Assembly (NCBI RefSeq): GCF_963921235.1
Contig: NC_086098.1
Span: forward strand, 4,650,001-4,714,000
Direction of reading: 5' to 3'
DNA: 64,000 nt
Source of the DNA: Mobula hypostoma
Lineage: Eukaryota
In this document: in pieces, positions 52,215-64,000 of the stretch
Layout: the number at the start of each line of letters is the position of its first letter
Numbering within the stretch: position 1 is the stretch's first letter
Program-made: the position numbers and the translations under genes
The notes under the pieces: generated by a model
The model's database searches: none
What the model saw: only the letters and a program-made list of their open reading frames with translations
Told to the model about the DNA's origin: nothing

Positions 52215-53590
52215 TAACATAGAACATAGAACATAGAATAGTACAGCACAGTACAGGCCCTTTGGCCCACAATATTGTGCCGACCCTCAAACCCTGCTTC
52301 TCATATAACCCCTCCACCTTAAATTCCTCCATATACCTGTCTAGTAGTCTCTGAAACTTCACTAGTGTATCTTCCTCCACCATTGACTCAGGCAGTGCAT
52401 TCTACGCACCAGCCACTCTCTGAGTAAAACACCTTCCTCTAATATCCCCCTTGAACTTCCCACCCCTTACCTTAAAGCCATGTCCTCTTGTATTGAGCAG
52501 TGGTGCCCTGGCGAAGAGGCGCTGGCTATCCACTCTATCTATTCCTCTTAATATCTTGTACACCTCTATCATGTCTCCTCTCATCCTCCTTCTCTCCAAA
52601 GAGTAAAGCCCTACCTCCCTTAATCTCTGATCATAATCCATACTCTCTAAACTAGGCAGCATCAGCTTTCCCACCACTGATGTAAGGCTCACTGGTCTAT
52701 AATTACCTGGACTATCCCTACTACTTTTTTTGAACAAGGGGACAACATTCGCCTCCCTCCAATCTTCTGGTACAATTTCCGTGGACAACGAGGACATAAA
52801 GATCCTTGCCAGAGGCTTAGCAATCTCTTCCCTCGCCTCGTGGAGCAGCCTGGGGAATATTCCGTCAGGCCCCGGGGACTTATCTGTCCTAATGTATTTT
52901 AACAACTCCAACACCTCCTCTCCCTTAATGTCAACATGTTTCAGAACAACAACCTCACTCATATTGTCCTCACCATCATCAAGTTCCCTCTCATTGGCAA
53001 ATACCAAAGAGAAGTATTCATTGAGGACCTCATTCACTTCCATAGCCTCCAGGCACATCTTCCCACCTTTATCTCTAATCAACCCTACCTTCACTCCTGT
53101 CATCCTTTTGTTCTTCACATAATTGAAGAATGCCTTGGGGTTTTCCTTTACCCTACTCGCCAAGGCCTTCTCATGCCCCCTTCTTGCTCTTCTCAGCCCC
53201 TTCTTAAGCTCCTTTCTTGCTTCCCTATATTCCTCAATAGACCCATCTGATCCTTGCTTCCTAAACCTCATGTATGCTGCCTTCTCCCACCTGATTAGAT
53301 TTTCCACTTCACTTGTCACCCATGGTTCCTGCACCCTACCATTCTTTATCTTCCTCACCGGGACAAATTTATCCCTAACAAGAGATCCCCAAACTTCGAC
53401 CACATGTCAATGGCACATTTCCCCGCAAAAACATTATCCCAATTCACACCCGCAAGTTCTAGCCCTATAGCCTCATAATCTGCCCTTCCCCAATTAAAAA
53501 TTTTCCTGTCCTCTCTGATTCTATCCTTTTCCATGATAATGCTGAAGGCCAGGGAGCAGTGGTCACTGTCCCCCAGATGCTCACCCACTG
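52215..53590 (-). mobile_element. CR1 (16557 subfamily) with an internal deletion of the RT core
   Basis: ORF 52402-53403 joins NYRPVSLTSVVGKL directly to MLPSLESMDY at about 52663. Confidence 0.88.
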
Positions 53591-54098
53591 ATAATTAATG
53601 AACATCTGAATCTTTGAACTTCTTCATTCATAGGGCAGTGTGAGTGTGGCATGAGCTGCCAGAGCAAGTGGAGTATGCAAGATTAATTTCAATATTTAAG
53701 AGAAGTTTGGATAGGTACAAGGATGGGAGGGATATGGAGGGCCGTGGTCCCAGTGCAGCTCAGTGGGAGTAGGCAGTTCAGCACAGACTAGATGGGCCAA
53801 AGGGCCTGTTTTGCTGTTGTATATTTCTATGACTGTATTAATAAAATGGAAATGTGACACAATTAATCTGCAGATCCACCAATTCTGGCAAATAAGGCTT
53901 TATGAATATCACATTAAATAAAGCAAATTACACTGAACTTCGGTAAAAGTGAAATAAATTTAAGTAACAATCACTTTCATATATTCCAGATAGCCTCAGT
54001 TACTGATAAGGATATTATGTGTACAGAATAACATGATTGATATCGCTTTGCTCATCTCACACGCTACAACATTCAAAAACAGTAAACATTGCCTTATA

Positions 54099-54692
54099 CA
54101 CTGAGTGGCCACTTTATGAGCTACTTGCTCGTTAATGCAAATATTTAATCAGACAATCATGTGGCGGCAACTCAAAACATAAAATCATGCAGACATGATC
54201 AAGAGGTTCAGATGTTGTTCAGACCAAACATCAGAATGGGGAAGAAATGTGATCTAAGTGACTTTGACTGTGGAATGATTGTTGGTGCCAGATGGGGTGG
54301 TTTGAGTATCTCAGAAGCTACTGATCTCCTGGGATTCTCACACAAAACAGTCTGTAGAGCAGGTGTTCCCAACCTTTTTTATGCCATGGACCAATACCAT
54401 TAACGAAGGGGTCCATGGACCCCAGATTTAGAACCCCTGCTCTAGAGTTTACAGAGAATGGTGTTAAAACCAGAAAAAAACATCCAGTGAGCAACAGATT
54501 TGTGGGTGAAAACACCTTGTAAAGAGAGAGGTCAGAGGAGAATGGCCAGATTGGTTCAAACTGACAGGAAGGCGACAGTAACTCAAATAACCACACATTA
54601 CAACAGTGATGTGCAGAACAGCATCTCTGAATGCTCAGCATCTCGAGCCTTGAAGTGGATGGGCCTATAGTTAACAAAGTGGCTGCTGAGTG
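54099..54692 (+). mobile_element. Non-autonomous Tc1/mariner-like element with TIRs and TA TSD
   Basis: TA-cactgagtggccacttt...aaagtggctgctgagtg-TA; remnant MGKKCDLSDFD.GMIVGAR..G.SISE HTH. Confidence 0.8.
54360..54439. mobile_element. 80-bp hAT-Charlie-like MITE with 8-bp TSD
   Basis: CAGGTGTTCCCAA...TTTAGAACCCCTG termini; TSD ct(g/c)tagag at 54352-54359 and 54440-54447. Confidence 0.8.
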
Positions 54693-54855
54693 TAATACTC
54701 GCAAAGAGGAGGGAAATGCTGTTAGCACATCTAAAATAATAAGAAATTCGGTGAAAGAGTTCATTTATTTTAATCTCTTCCTCATTGGGAAAAAAATGTC
54801 AAAAAGTTCAGTCATTATTTTTTCTGGCTTCTAGTTACAACATTTAATTTTGCCG

Positions 54856-55320
54856 ATACGCTGGAGGAGCTCAGCAGGTCAGGCAGCATCTATGCATGGG
54901 AATAAACAGTCGACGTTTCAGGCTGAGACCCTTCATCAGGATGAGAAGTCAGATTAAGGAGGCGGGGAGAGGGGTGAGGAAGGTACAAGGTGGCAGGTGA
55001 AACTGGGAGAGAGTGTGAGGTTGATTGGTAACAGGTGAAACCGGGAGAGAGTGTGAAGTAAGGAGCTGGGAAGTTAATTGGTGGAAGAGATAAGGGGCTG
55101 AAAAAGGGGGAATCTGAATGGAGAGGACAGAAGACCATGGAAGAAAAGGAAGGGGAAAGGGGAAAGGGGAAAGGGGAAAGGGGAAGGAGGACCAGAGGGA
55201 GGTAATGGGCAGGTAAGAGAAGAAGGTGAGAGGGGGAAACAGGAATGGGGACTGGTGAAGGAGAGGAGGGGGGTTAATTACCAGAAGGTCGATAAATTGA
55301 TGTTCATGTTATCAGGTTGA
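54856..55320 (-). mobile_element. Penelope-derived element with a hammerhead at about 54908-54942
   Basis: Reverse complement: atc-CTGATGA-agggtctcagcct-GAAAC-GTC-gactg. Confidence 0.75.
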
Positions 55321-57045
55321 TAGTTATTGTGTTTGTATTATTTTATATTATTATATCTTTATCCTGTTGTGTTGCATCAGATGAAATAATAACAATTATT
55401 TTGTTCTCCTTTACACTTGTGTTCTGGAAATAACATCAAACTATCTTGAACCTTGAAGTTAATGGATTTGAGAAATGAAGCCATTTCAGTTCACTGTGCT
55501 GTTGAAACAATCTGGACAGATTCAACAGCAAAAAACTGATCATCCAAAACTAAAAATTTCTTCTTCCCCAGCACCTCAACCAAAAGTAGCTGATTGAAAC
55601 TGGTTACCTTGCAAGACTGCCATCATTATAGATGCCAGTAAATCGATAACTTGCTCCATTTCTAGAGATATTTAAAGAAAATGTATTGAACACAGTAAAG
55701 CCAGAAAGGGCCCTGAAAAAAAGTAATTAAAATAAGAAAGCATTTCTCAAGGTTCCTTAATGGTTCTTTTGAGACTGAACTGAATAAAACCAATTACATA
55801 AGTATAGAGTATAGACTGGCAAGGGTAATTGGGAATATTAGATTAAAAGGCAGGAGGAAAGATGAGCAATGGTATTGTCATGTATTGAAATAGTAAGGTC
55901 AGTTAATGTAGTTTGACACTTGTCGGGTGCGGTGATGATGTCATCAGTCTGGGACGGAACAACACGTGATGTGAGGGGGCATGGAAGCAAGAATGAGAAA
56001 TAACAACACATTCAGAGGATGACATGTCGAGTCCTGATATATACACTTTCTGATTACGTACTAAGTCAGGTTGCAAATACACAACAGTGGCAACGGGGAT
56101 ACGGACCTTGAAAGTAAATTTAACGTTAGTTGCTGAGAATGGAGAAATCCAGGATCCAACACTTCCAATTTCACTCTTCTAGATAACACAACAAGTCCTG
56201 TTGCCTTGATTTAAAATTGCTTGAAACACTTCCGATGTTTTACGGAGCAGCTATGCTAGGTCTGGGATGAATACGGTGGCTCAACTCATGTGAACTTTAT
56301 GCCGACTGTAAAGGACTGATCGTGGACTGAAACGCAACGTACAGTATCATACAAAACAAAGAAGAACACTACTTTTGCACCTTGCAGGACCTGATGTGCA
56401 GGATGTATTCTCGACACTGACAAACACCACACGGCAGCGGTGGATGTGCTGACTGCTTACCCATTCCCCAGGTTAACACTGCGTTGGCCCGGCAGCATTT
56501 TCATCAATTTGCCTAAAAACAAGGTGAGACGGTTCAGCAGTTCTCTTCTCGCCTTCAGCAGGCAGCAAAACACTGCTAGTTTCTAATTGATAACAGACAA
56601 CCAACTCAGGGATGCCATAGTGGGAAAATGTAACCCAGTCTATGTGCGGGGAAAACTACTGGAGAAATTGCAGGGTCTAACGCTTGCCCGCACACTGGAA
56701 ATAGCAGCACAATGTGAAAAGTAGAGGAACAATTGTCAGCCATGTCACTCCAAAAGAGCCAGCCGGAGACTGTGCGCTGTGTTTCACACCGTGAGGATAC
56801 AACACGTGAGAAAAAGACGGAGGGAAAAGAGAAGTCCACTAATACAAATGAAAGGAAATGCTAAAGATACGGAAACTCTGATCACCTGGGTAGAGACCCA
56901 ATGTGCCCAGCTCATGGACAGACATGCAGAAAATGAACAGGAAAGGACCACTTAGCAAAAAATGTGCCGGATGAAAGGATCAAAGACACAAAAAGTGAAC
57001 AATGTTGAGGATGAACGTTTTCTGCAGGGGTGTAAATCTGTGTAT

Positions 57046-57228
57046 GGGGTGTCAGGGAGGGGTAGCACCTCTGGTGGGGGAACATGTCGTGTCCTTTTCA
57101 GGGCGGTTAGTCCACCTTTGGTCCCCACCTGGCAGTCAGCTCTCACCTGTGGCTCCCCGTAGCTGTTTGCATGCGACAGCGGCCACACCCCGGGCAACGG
57201 CTTCGACAAGCCGGCTAAACCAGGTTAG
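57046..57228 (+). ncRNA. HDV-like self-cleaving ribozyme
   Basis: P1 GGGGUGU 57046-52/ACACCCC 57185-91; P2 CUCACCUG 57142-49/CAGGUUAG 57221-28; P3 GGC 57151-53/GCC 57182-84; L3 UCC with P1.1 GG 57192-93; GCAA; P4 CGGCUU/AAGCCG; J4/2 GCUAA (C57215). Confidence 0.82.
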
Positions 57229-57555
57229 GGTAGCCGACGGGTCTCAAACCCTCGGTGAGATAGGGAGTTGTCTATCCCAGCATGTGAAGACAGACTCCGG
57301 CGGACTGAGCAGACGAGACCAATGGAAGGTCCAACGGTCAAGAAGGCGGTCTCTGCAAGCGTCGTGGAATGTGTAGAGCACAACAAGATACAGAAGGCGT
57401 CCTGGTCATCCACTGCGCCTACTCCCATCTCCAGCCATCTAGACTCTGTCTTGCCACTGGATCCAGATGGGAATTGGGAAGAGAGAGTGAGGCTGACGCT
57501 GAGCAACTCTCCCTCACTTAAATCCAAATCGACGTCAATGATGGACGAACAACGA
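57046..57555 (+). mobile_element. Non-coding RTE-like retroposon inserted in the Gypsy protease
   Basis: Host frame GVNLCM|LADSGA is split; ATG occurs on both sides (57044-57046, 57556-57558); CpG-retaining structured sequence. Confidence 0.8.
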
Positions 57556-60500
57556 ATGCTAGCAGATTCAGGAGCCTGAAGTAATACACTGGGTGAAAAT
57601 CATGGGGAACACTGAAGTCAGAGAAGGTAAAGTGCCATTCATATATTTCTACGCAGAAGAGAAAGCTGTTCCTATTCCATCCATGTTGAGGGGGTGTTTG
57701 AATGTCAAATCAGTATTGGAAACGGAACAGAGTTCATCATGATAAAAGGCAATGGTGAATCACTCCCAGGTACAGAATCAGCCACAGCGTTAAGATTGGA
57801 GAAAATGTGTCAATAGTGACAGATGTTGAAGAGTAATTTAAGCCACAGTACCCAAAAGTGTTTGAAGGGATAGGAAAACTGAGCACTAAACAGATCAGCC
57901 TGTACATTAATCCAAAGGTAACCCCTATGGCCCATGACACATAATTTACCACTTAAGGGAGGCTGTTGAGAAAAAAAATTGAACAGCTAATGAAACTGGA
58001 CACTATTGAGAAAGTTGAAGGCCCAATTCCTTGGGTTAACTTGGTAATAATTTTACCAAAACCCGACAAGGATGTCAGTCAGATTGTGCCTGGACATGAG
58101 AAGGGCAAATGAAGCAATTGTGAGGGAGAGATATCCCATTCCAACTGTAGTTGAGATACTACCGGATATGAATGGAGCCATGGTGTTTAGCAAACTAGAC
58201 TTGAAATGGGGCTATGATCAGCTGGAGCTAACTCCAGGATCTAGAGATAACCATATTTGCTGTGAACAATGGGGTGTATAGGTACAATACACTGATATTT
58301 GCTGTGTCATCAGCCAGTGAGCAGTACCAGCGTGAGATAGCAAATGCTTTAGCTGGAATTGAAGGAGTTGAGAGCATCTCAGATGAGATGATCGTACATG
58401 CGTCTAACCAGAAACTACATGATGAGAGACTGCATGCTGTCTTAAAGAGACTCACAGAGTGTGGACTGACACCGAACCCAGAAAAATGTCAGTTCAACAT
58501 GGACAGACTAGCCTTCATGGGAATTCTCCTGTCACAGAAAGGCCCTGGACCAACTGAGGAGGGAGTGTGAGCAGTAACGGATGCTCGTGAACCACAAAAC
58601 ACCACAGAAGTGAGGAGTTTCCTCGGCCTTGTTGGCTACAGCAGAAGATTCATACTACAGTTTGTAACTTTGTCAGAACCACTGAGACAATTGACCAGGA
58701 AGGATACCCAGTTCAAATTCAGAGAAGAACAGAAACAAGTATTCAAAGCCCTAAAAGAGTAGCTAGCAGGAACAGGTACCTTGGCCTATTTTGATAAAGA
58801 TGCACCAACTAAGGTGATAGCAGATGCCAGCCCAGTCGGACTAGGGCAGTACTTATACAAAAACAAAATGGAGAGATGTTACCTGTCTGCTTTGTGAGCT
58901 GTAGTCTCACAGACTGTGAACGAAAATACTCACAGAGCGAGAAGCATTAGCACTAGTATGGGCCTGTGAGAGACTTCATCCCTATTTGTATGGGAGAAAA
59001 TTTGACCTGATCACGGATCACAAATCCTTAGAGATGAATTACAGCCCAAGATCATGTGCACGCATAAGTGGTGGGTCTTGAGATTGCAACCATACGACTA
59101 CAGAGTCATATACATGCCAGGAAAACAGAGAATTGCAGACCATTGTCGAGGGTGCTGGGAGAGACTGCTCAAAAACAGAGACACATGCATGATTCAGAGG
59201 AACATGTCAGGTTCTGTGAGGGCCAAACCTAAAGCCCTGACAGCACGAGAGCTGGAGAGAGACTCAGCCACAGATCCAGAGCTGCAAGAGATGTATAAAA
59301 CCATCGAAGATAGACACATTGCAAACTGTAAGGCATAGGCACCCCTCGCAAACGAGCTGTGTGTATTGGGTCATCCTATCCTCAGAGGGACACGGATTGT
59401 GCTACCTAATGCCTTGCACACATGGGCACCCACCCGAGCTCACGAAGGACACTTGGGAATGGTTAGAACAAAACAGCATCTCAGAACCAAGGTTTGGTAG
59501 CCTGGTATGGACAAAACAGCTGAGAAATACGGCAAAACCTGTCACGGCTGTCAAACTGTATCTAGACCCGACCCTCCAGAACCACTAAAACTGATGCCAT
59601 TACCGGATGGTCCTAGGCAGGAGGTAGCTGTTGATTTGCTTGGCCCATTACCAACAATCATTCCACTCTAGCAGTAGTTGATTACTACAGCCGATTTTAT
59701 AAACGTGACATTTTGATGTCTACAACTGTAGAGAGAGTTATTGACAGTCTGGAGAACATTTTCAGTCGACATGGTCTGCCTGTATCTATCACATCAGATA
59801 ATTGACCTCAATTCAGATGTGAACTTCTCAAGGAATATGGTGAGAGTAATGGAATCAAACACCTGAGACCAGTGCCCAAGTGGGTTCAGGCAAGTGGCAA
59901 AGTGGAGCACCAAAATGCATCACTGATGAAAAGGATTAGGATTGCTCAAGCAGAAGGACTTGACCAGAAACATGAATTGAGAAAGTATGTGACTGTGTAC
60001 AGATGTGTGGAATGTGCCACTACAGGGGAAAGTCCTGCCGAACTTCTCTACAACCACAACATGAGGGGGAAGTTACCAGACATCAAGGAGGTACACACAG
60101 CAGAACTAGAAGTACGAGTTCGGGATGCAGAACAAAAAGGAACGTACAAGCTGTGTGCAGGTGATCACAAGAGTCTACTGTAAAAATTGGAGACACTGTG
60201 CTTATTGAACAAGAAAAAGTGGACAAATTCAGCCCACCTTTCAACGCAGCACCACACAGGGTGGTGAGGAAAACAGGAAATCAAGTGCAGTGTAGTATGC
60301 GAGGGTCACCACACATGTGAAACAGTTCAACGCAAGAGCGACTTTTGACGAACAGGAGGAAACTGAAGGATTTGACAGCGAGGTACCGGGACAGGAGGAC
60401 AATATGTACAAACTCAGGTTCCTAGTGAGCAGAAAGCACTACCAGACATTGAAAGCAAAGAGAAACCCACAGAGAGACTCAAATGGTTCAGAAACAACCT

Positions 60501-61451
60501 CTGAACTTTAACGATTTTGTGTGTGTTGCTAGAGTTTTAAATTGTGTTTTTGAAACAGCGAAAACTGTTTTATTTGAAAATGACGTTTTCAGTGGCAGAG
60601 TTATCAGTATGTTGAAACAGAAAATGTGTTGGTTATAGTCATGTATATCAGAGAATATGTGTGAAATTGAAATGGTTAAATCTGTGAGTTGAATGTGTTC
60701 TAAAACAGTGAAATTTCTCAGGAAAGGAGGGATGTCATGGATTGAAATGATAAGGTCAGTTAATGTAGTTTGACACTTGTCATCATGATGTTATCAGTCT
60801 GGGATGAAACAACAGGTGATCTGAGGGGGCATGGGAGCGACAATGAGAAATAACGACACGTTCAAAGCATGAAGTGTCGAGTCCTGATATATACACACTG
60901 TCTGATTAAGTATTAACATTGGTTGCACATGCAGGTGTCATTTAAAGCATGATTTGAAAATTCTTCAGTACAGGTATTGGGGAAAATAAACTTTCTAAAT
61001 TTATACATATATATCCAGGGTGCCTAAGACTTTAGCACAGTATTGTATTTGTCAACGTGGAGTGGAGAACGAGTTTGTAAATCTGCTGGGGGCAAAAGAT
61101 GTTGGGAATGACGAGGGGTGTAGGACAGATGGCAGAGGAGGAGTGCCAGGGGTGGAGGGTGGCACATGTGCAGACATGTCCAGACTGGAGACTCCAGGCA
61201 AGGTCATTTGATTCCAAACATTTGGTTTATTGATCTTTACAGAATGTCTCTCCAGTGCTTCCCACTCCCTCCCCTCTCCCCTCCCCTTTTCCCAACCATG
61301 ATCCCCCTCTCCCCCTCTCCCTGTCCCCCTTCCCACTCTCAGTCCACAATAGAGACCCATATCAGAATTAGGTTTATCATCACTCACATACTGTATGTCA
61401 TGAAATTAGTATTTTTTTTGTGGCAACAGTGCAGTGAAAAACAGAATTACT

Positions 61452-61519
61452 CCAGTACTGTGCAAAAGTCCTAGGCAGCCTAACTATATAAATGTGCCTA
61501 AAGCTTTTACACAGTTCTG
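61452..61519. mobile_element. Small Tc1-like MITE (palindromic); partial copy at about 61018-61046
   Basis: cagtactgtgcaaaagtcctaggca...tgcctaaagcttttacacagttctg-TA. Confidence 0.6.
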
Positions 61520-63397
61520 TAGCCCTTCTGGCTGACTGATCCAAGCCGCCTAGCAAACCACCTATTTAACCCCCGCCTAATCACAGGACAATTTACAATG
61601 ACCAATTAACCTACTAACTGGTTTGTCTTTCTGATACGCATGGCGTAACATGAATGAATATGTGTGTCACGAGTCGATAAGCTGGAAGTTAATGAGGAAC
61701 ACTGCCCATTTGTGATTCACTGAGTCATCCCTCCACACGTGTAATGTCAGGGTGAAGGGAGATAACTTAACAATTGAGTTCCTATTAGCCATGAGAAGCA
61801 AAAGACAAAGCTGCAGCTCAACATCTGATCTTGGAAATCTAAACATATTTATTATTTATTAATTTTATTTTGTGATTCAGCGCGGAGCAGGTCCTTCTGG
61901 CCCTGTGAGTTGCACCTCCCACCAACATAACCCTCGCCAAATCACGGGACAAGTTATAATGAACAATTAACTCCTAACTGGTATGTCTTTGCACTGTGGG
62001 AGGAAACCCACACTGTCACGGGAAGAACGTACAAACTTTCTTCCATAGGATGCTGGATTGAACTCCAAACTCTGAAGCCCTGAGCTGTAATAGGTCACTC
62101 TATCTCCTCTGCTACCCGACCTGTGGCTGTATAAGGTAGATGAGGATTATATAAGATTGAAACCATAGACTACAACAATAACAAACACAAAGGATTCTAT
62201 AGATGCTGGAAGTCCAGAGTATCACACACAAAATGCTGGAGAAACTCAGCAGGTCAGGCAGCATTTATGGAAAGGAATAAACTACTGATGTTTTGGGTTG
62301 AGACCCTTCATCACGACTGGAAAGGGAGAAGAAGCCACACAATGATAGATTAATGCAATAAGGCATTTAAGAGACACCTGGTGAGGCAAGTGAATACAAG
62401 GACAATGGAGGGTCATGAGCTGTGTAGGAGGGAAGGGTTAGGTGATCATTGAATCGGTTTATATAGGCTAAAGGGACCATACTGTGCTGTACTGTCCTAG
62501 GAAACAGTAAAACAGACTGACGTTCTGAACGGTAAAATAGATTGATAATGTTACAAAGGTTATTTGTAATGATGAAGAGTTAACAACGAAGACAGACAGT
62601 GGGAAGAATCGATTTAAAAATGAATTTGGAGCTAGTGCTGAAGGCTTGATTGGGCTGCAGAGCCCTTTCTGTGCTGTAATTGTTAGTCATGCTTCTGATG
62701 CTCCGGAGTTTGACCAAATGAAAAATCACTTTGGAACCATTAGGTCTGAAGGGGTTTGATAGTATTGACTCTGGGGCATTTCCTTTGGAGAGTTTAGAAC
62801 CAAGGAGTTGACTCAGACACAAGGTGAGATACTTAACAATGGAATTTCTACACTCGCTGTTGAAGTTCTGGAATTATCACCCTCAAGGGGTCAATTGATG
62901 AGTACATTCAAAGCCCAAAAACTGTTGGAAAAGTTCGGCAGGTCGGGCAGCACCTGATGATGTTTTGGGCCAACACTCTTCATCTGGACTCATCCCGTTT
63001 GGATGAAGAGTCTCGATCTGACACCTCATTTTCCTTTACGGAAGCTGCCCAACTCTGCAGTCCTGCTAGCAGTTTGTAGCTTTTCTTGCTGTAGATTTCA
63101 ACTTCAACAGTCCTTTGTGTTTCCGGATCTCGGGGTCAGATTGTTTTGGTTATCGGTTTACAATTAAAAGTGGGGAAAGAGAGAATTGGGCAGTTGAAGT
63201 GGAAGACCTGTTGATTGATTCAAAGATTTGAAGTACATTTATAATCAAAGTATGTATTCAATATCCAACCCTGAGATTTGTCTTCCCACAGACAGTCATG
63301 AGACAGAGAAAACCATGGAACCCGTGTAAAGAAAACATCAAACCTCCAACACGCAAAAAAAGAACAAACCATGCTAATGGCAAATTAAAAAATGAGT

Positions 63398-64000
63398 GTT
63401 CTCTTTCAATATTTTTATTAGTTTCTACATAGAAGGATACAGAGTACAAGAAGATATGTATTCTAAGTCAAAAGAAAAAAATGAAATAGGACCAAATACA
63501 TTGTATTAAAAATAGTTACAATCACAAAACCCTGTATTCATAAAAATTAAATTAAATCATAATTTTGAAATATAATAAATTTTATAAAATCTAAACCCAC
63601 TACCAAAGTCAGAGCTGTTAGGAAAAGCAAGAAAAAAGGGGAAAAAACCCTTATCATAAAATAAAGATGAAAAGTATATGAATAAAGTAGATGATCTGAA
63701 CACACTGATGAGGGAGAGGGAGAAGTGGAGAGTCCGTCATCATGCCTGACGCCGGCCCCCAAGGCCTGAGTTGACGTAATAGTAATATATAATAAAATAT
63801 ATCATTAGCCACCATCTGTACTTTTAAAACAAATCAAAGGTTTTGAAAATAACTCAAAAATGGTGCCCACAATGTATAAAAGTCTTAGCTAGACTCAAAA
63901 ACTGAACAACGGATCTTCTATAGATTTAAGCGTGACATAACATCACGTAACCATTGAGCGTGAGTAGGCGGAACTGCATCCTTCCATTTAAGCAAGAGCG
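63398..64000 (-). mobile_element. L1 3' end (ORF2 C-terminus and 3' UTR), continuing beyond the window
   Basis: Minus strand reads LLKWKDAVPPTHAQWLRDVM..LWAPFLSYF; aataaaaatattgaaagagaac tail similar to 16022-16046. Confidence 0.85.

Larger units (their letters stand above)
55876..60933 (+). mobile_element. Old full-length Gypsy (Mag/K02A2.6-like) LTR retrotransposon
   Basis: LTRs 55876-56086 and 60733-60933 (diverged); TSD ggt(a/g)t; PBS tggcaacggggat (tRNA-Ser-like); PPT aggaaaggaggga; LADSGA, RLCLDMRRAN, ADASP, VVDYYSRF, SPAELL. Confidence 0.92.

Noticed and set aside
57027..57033. Alternative P1 strand GGGGTGT for the ribozyme
   Set aside because: Lies in the host Gypsy protease frame (GVNLCM), outside the insertion, though it could compete for pairing

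Overview
Eukaryotic, almost entirely transposon-derived DNA. The repeat complement suggests a cartilaginous fish such as a ray or shark (inference): esterase-ORF1 CR1 LINEs, HE1/V-SINEs, Rex1/Babar tails and Penelope-derived repeats. No host protein-coding gene can be supported, and nearly all listed ORFs are decayed TE frames. Main elements: a full-length TSD-flanked L1 (10179-16046); a near full-length CR1 carrying a solo LTR and a second CR1 (16557-23220); a Tc1 carrying a Nimb/I LINE; and three Gypsy-type LTR elements, one an internally deleted sushi-like chromovirus with a self-priming PBS. The most interesting signal is structured RNA. A ~510 bp non-coding RTE-like retroposon (57046-57555) begins exactly at the first nucleotide of a complete HDV-like double-pseudoknot ribozyme with an extra L3 hairpin. 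A family of Penelope-type minimal hammerhead ribozymes is also present, including a TSD-flanked inverted pair (46009-46231). Boundaries were read by eye; those without TSDs are approximate.
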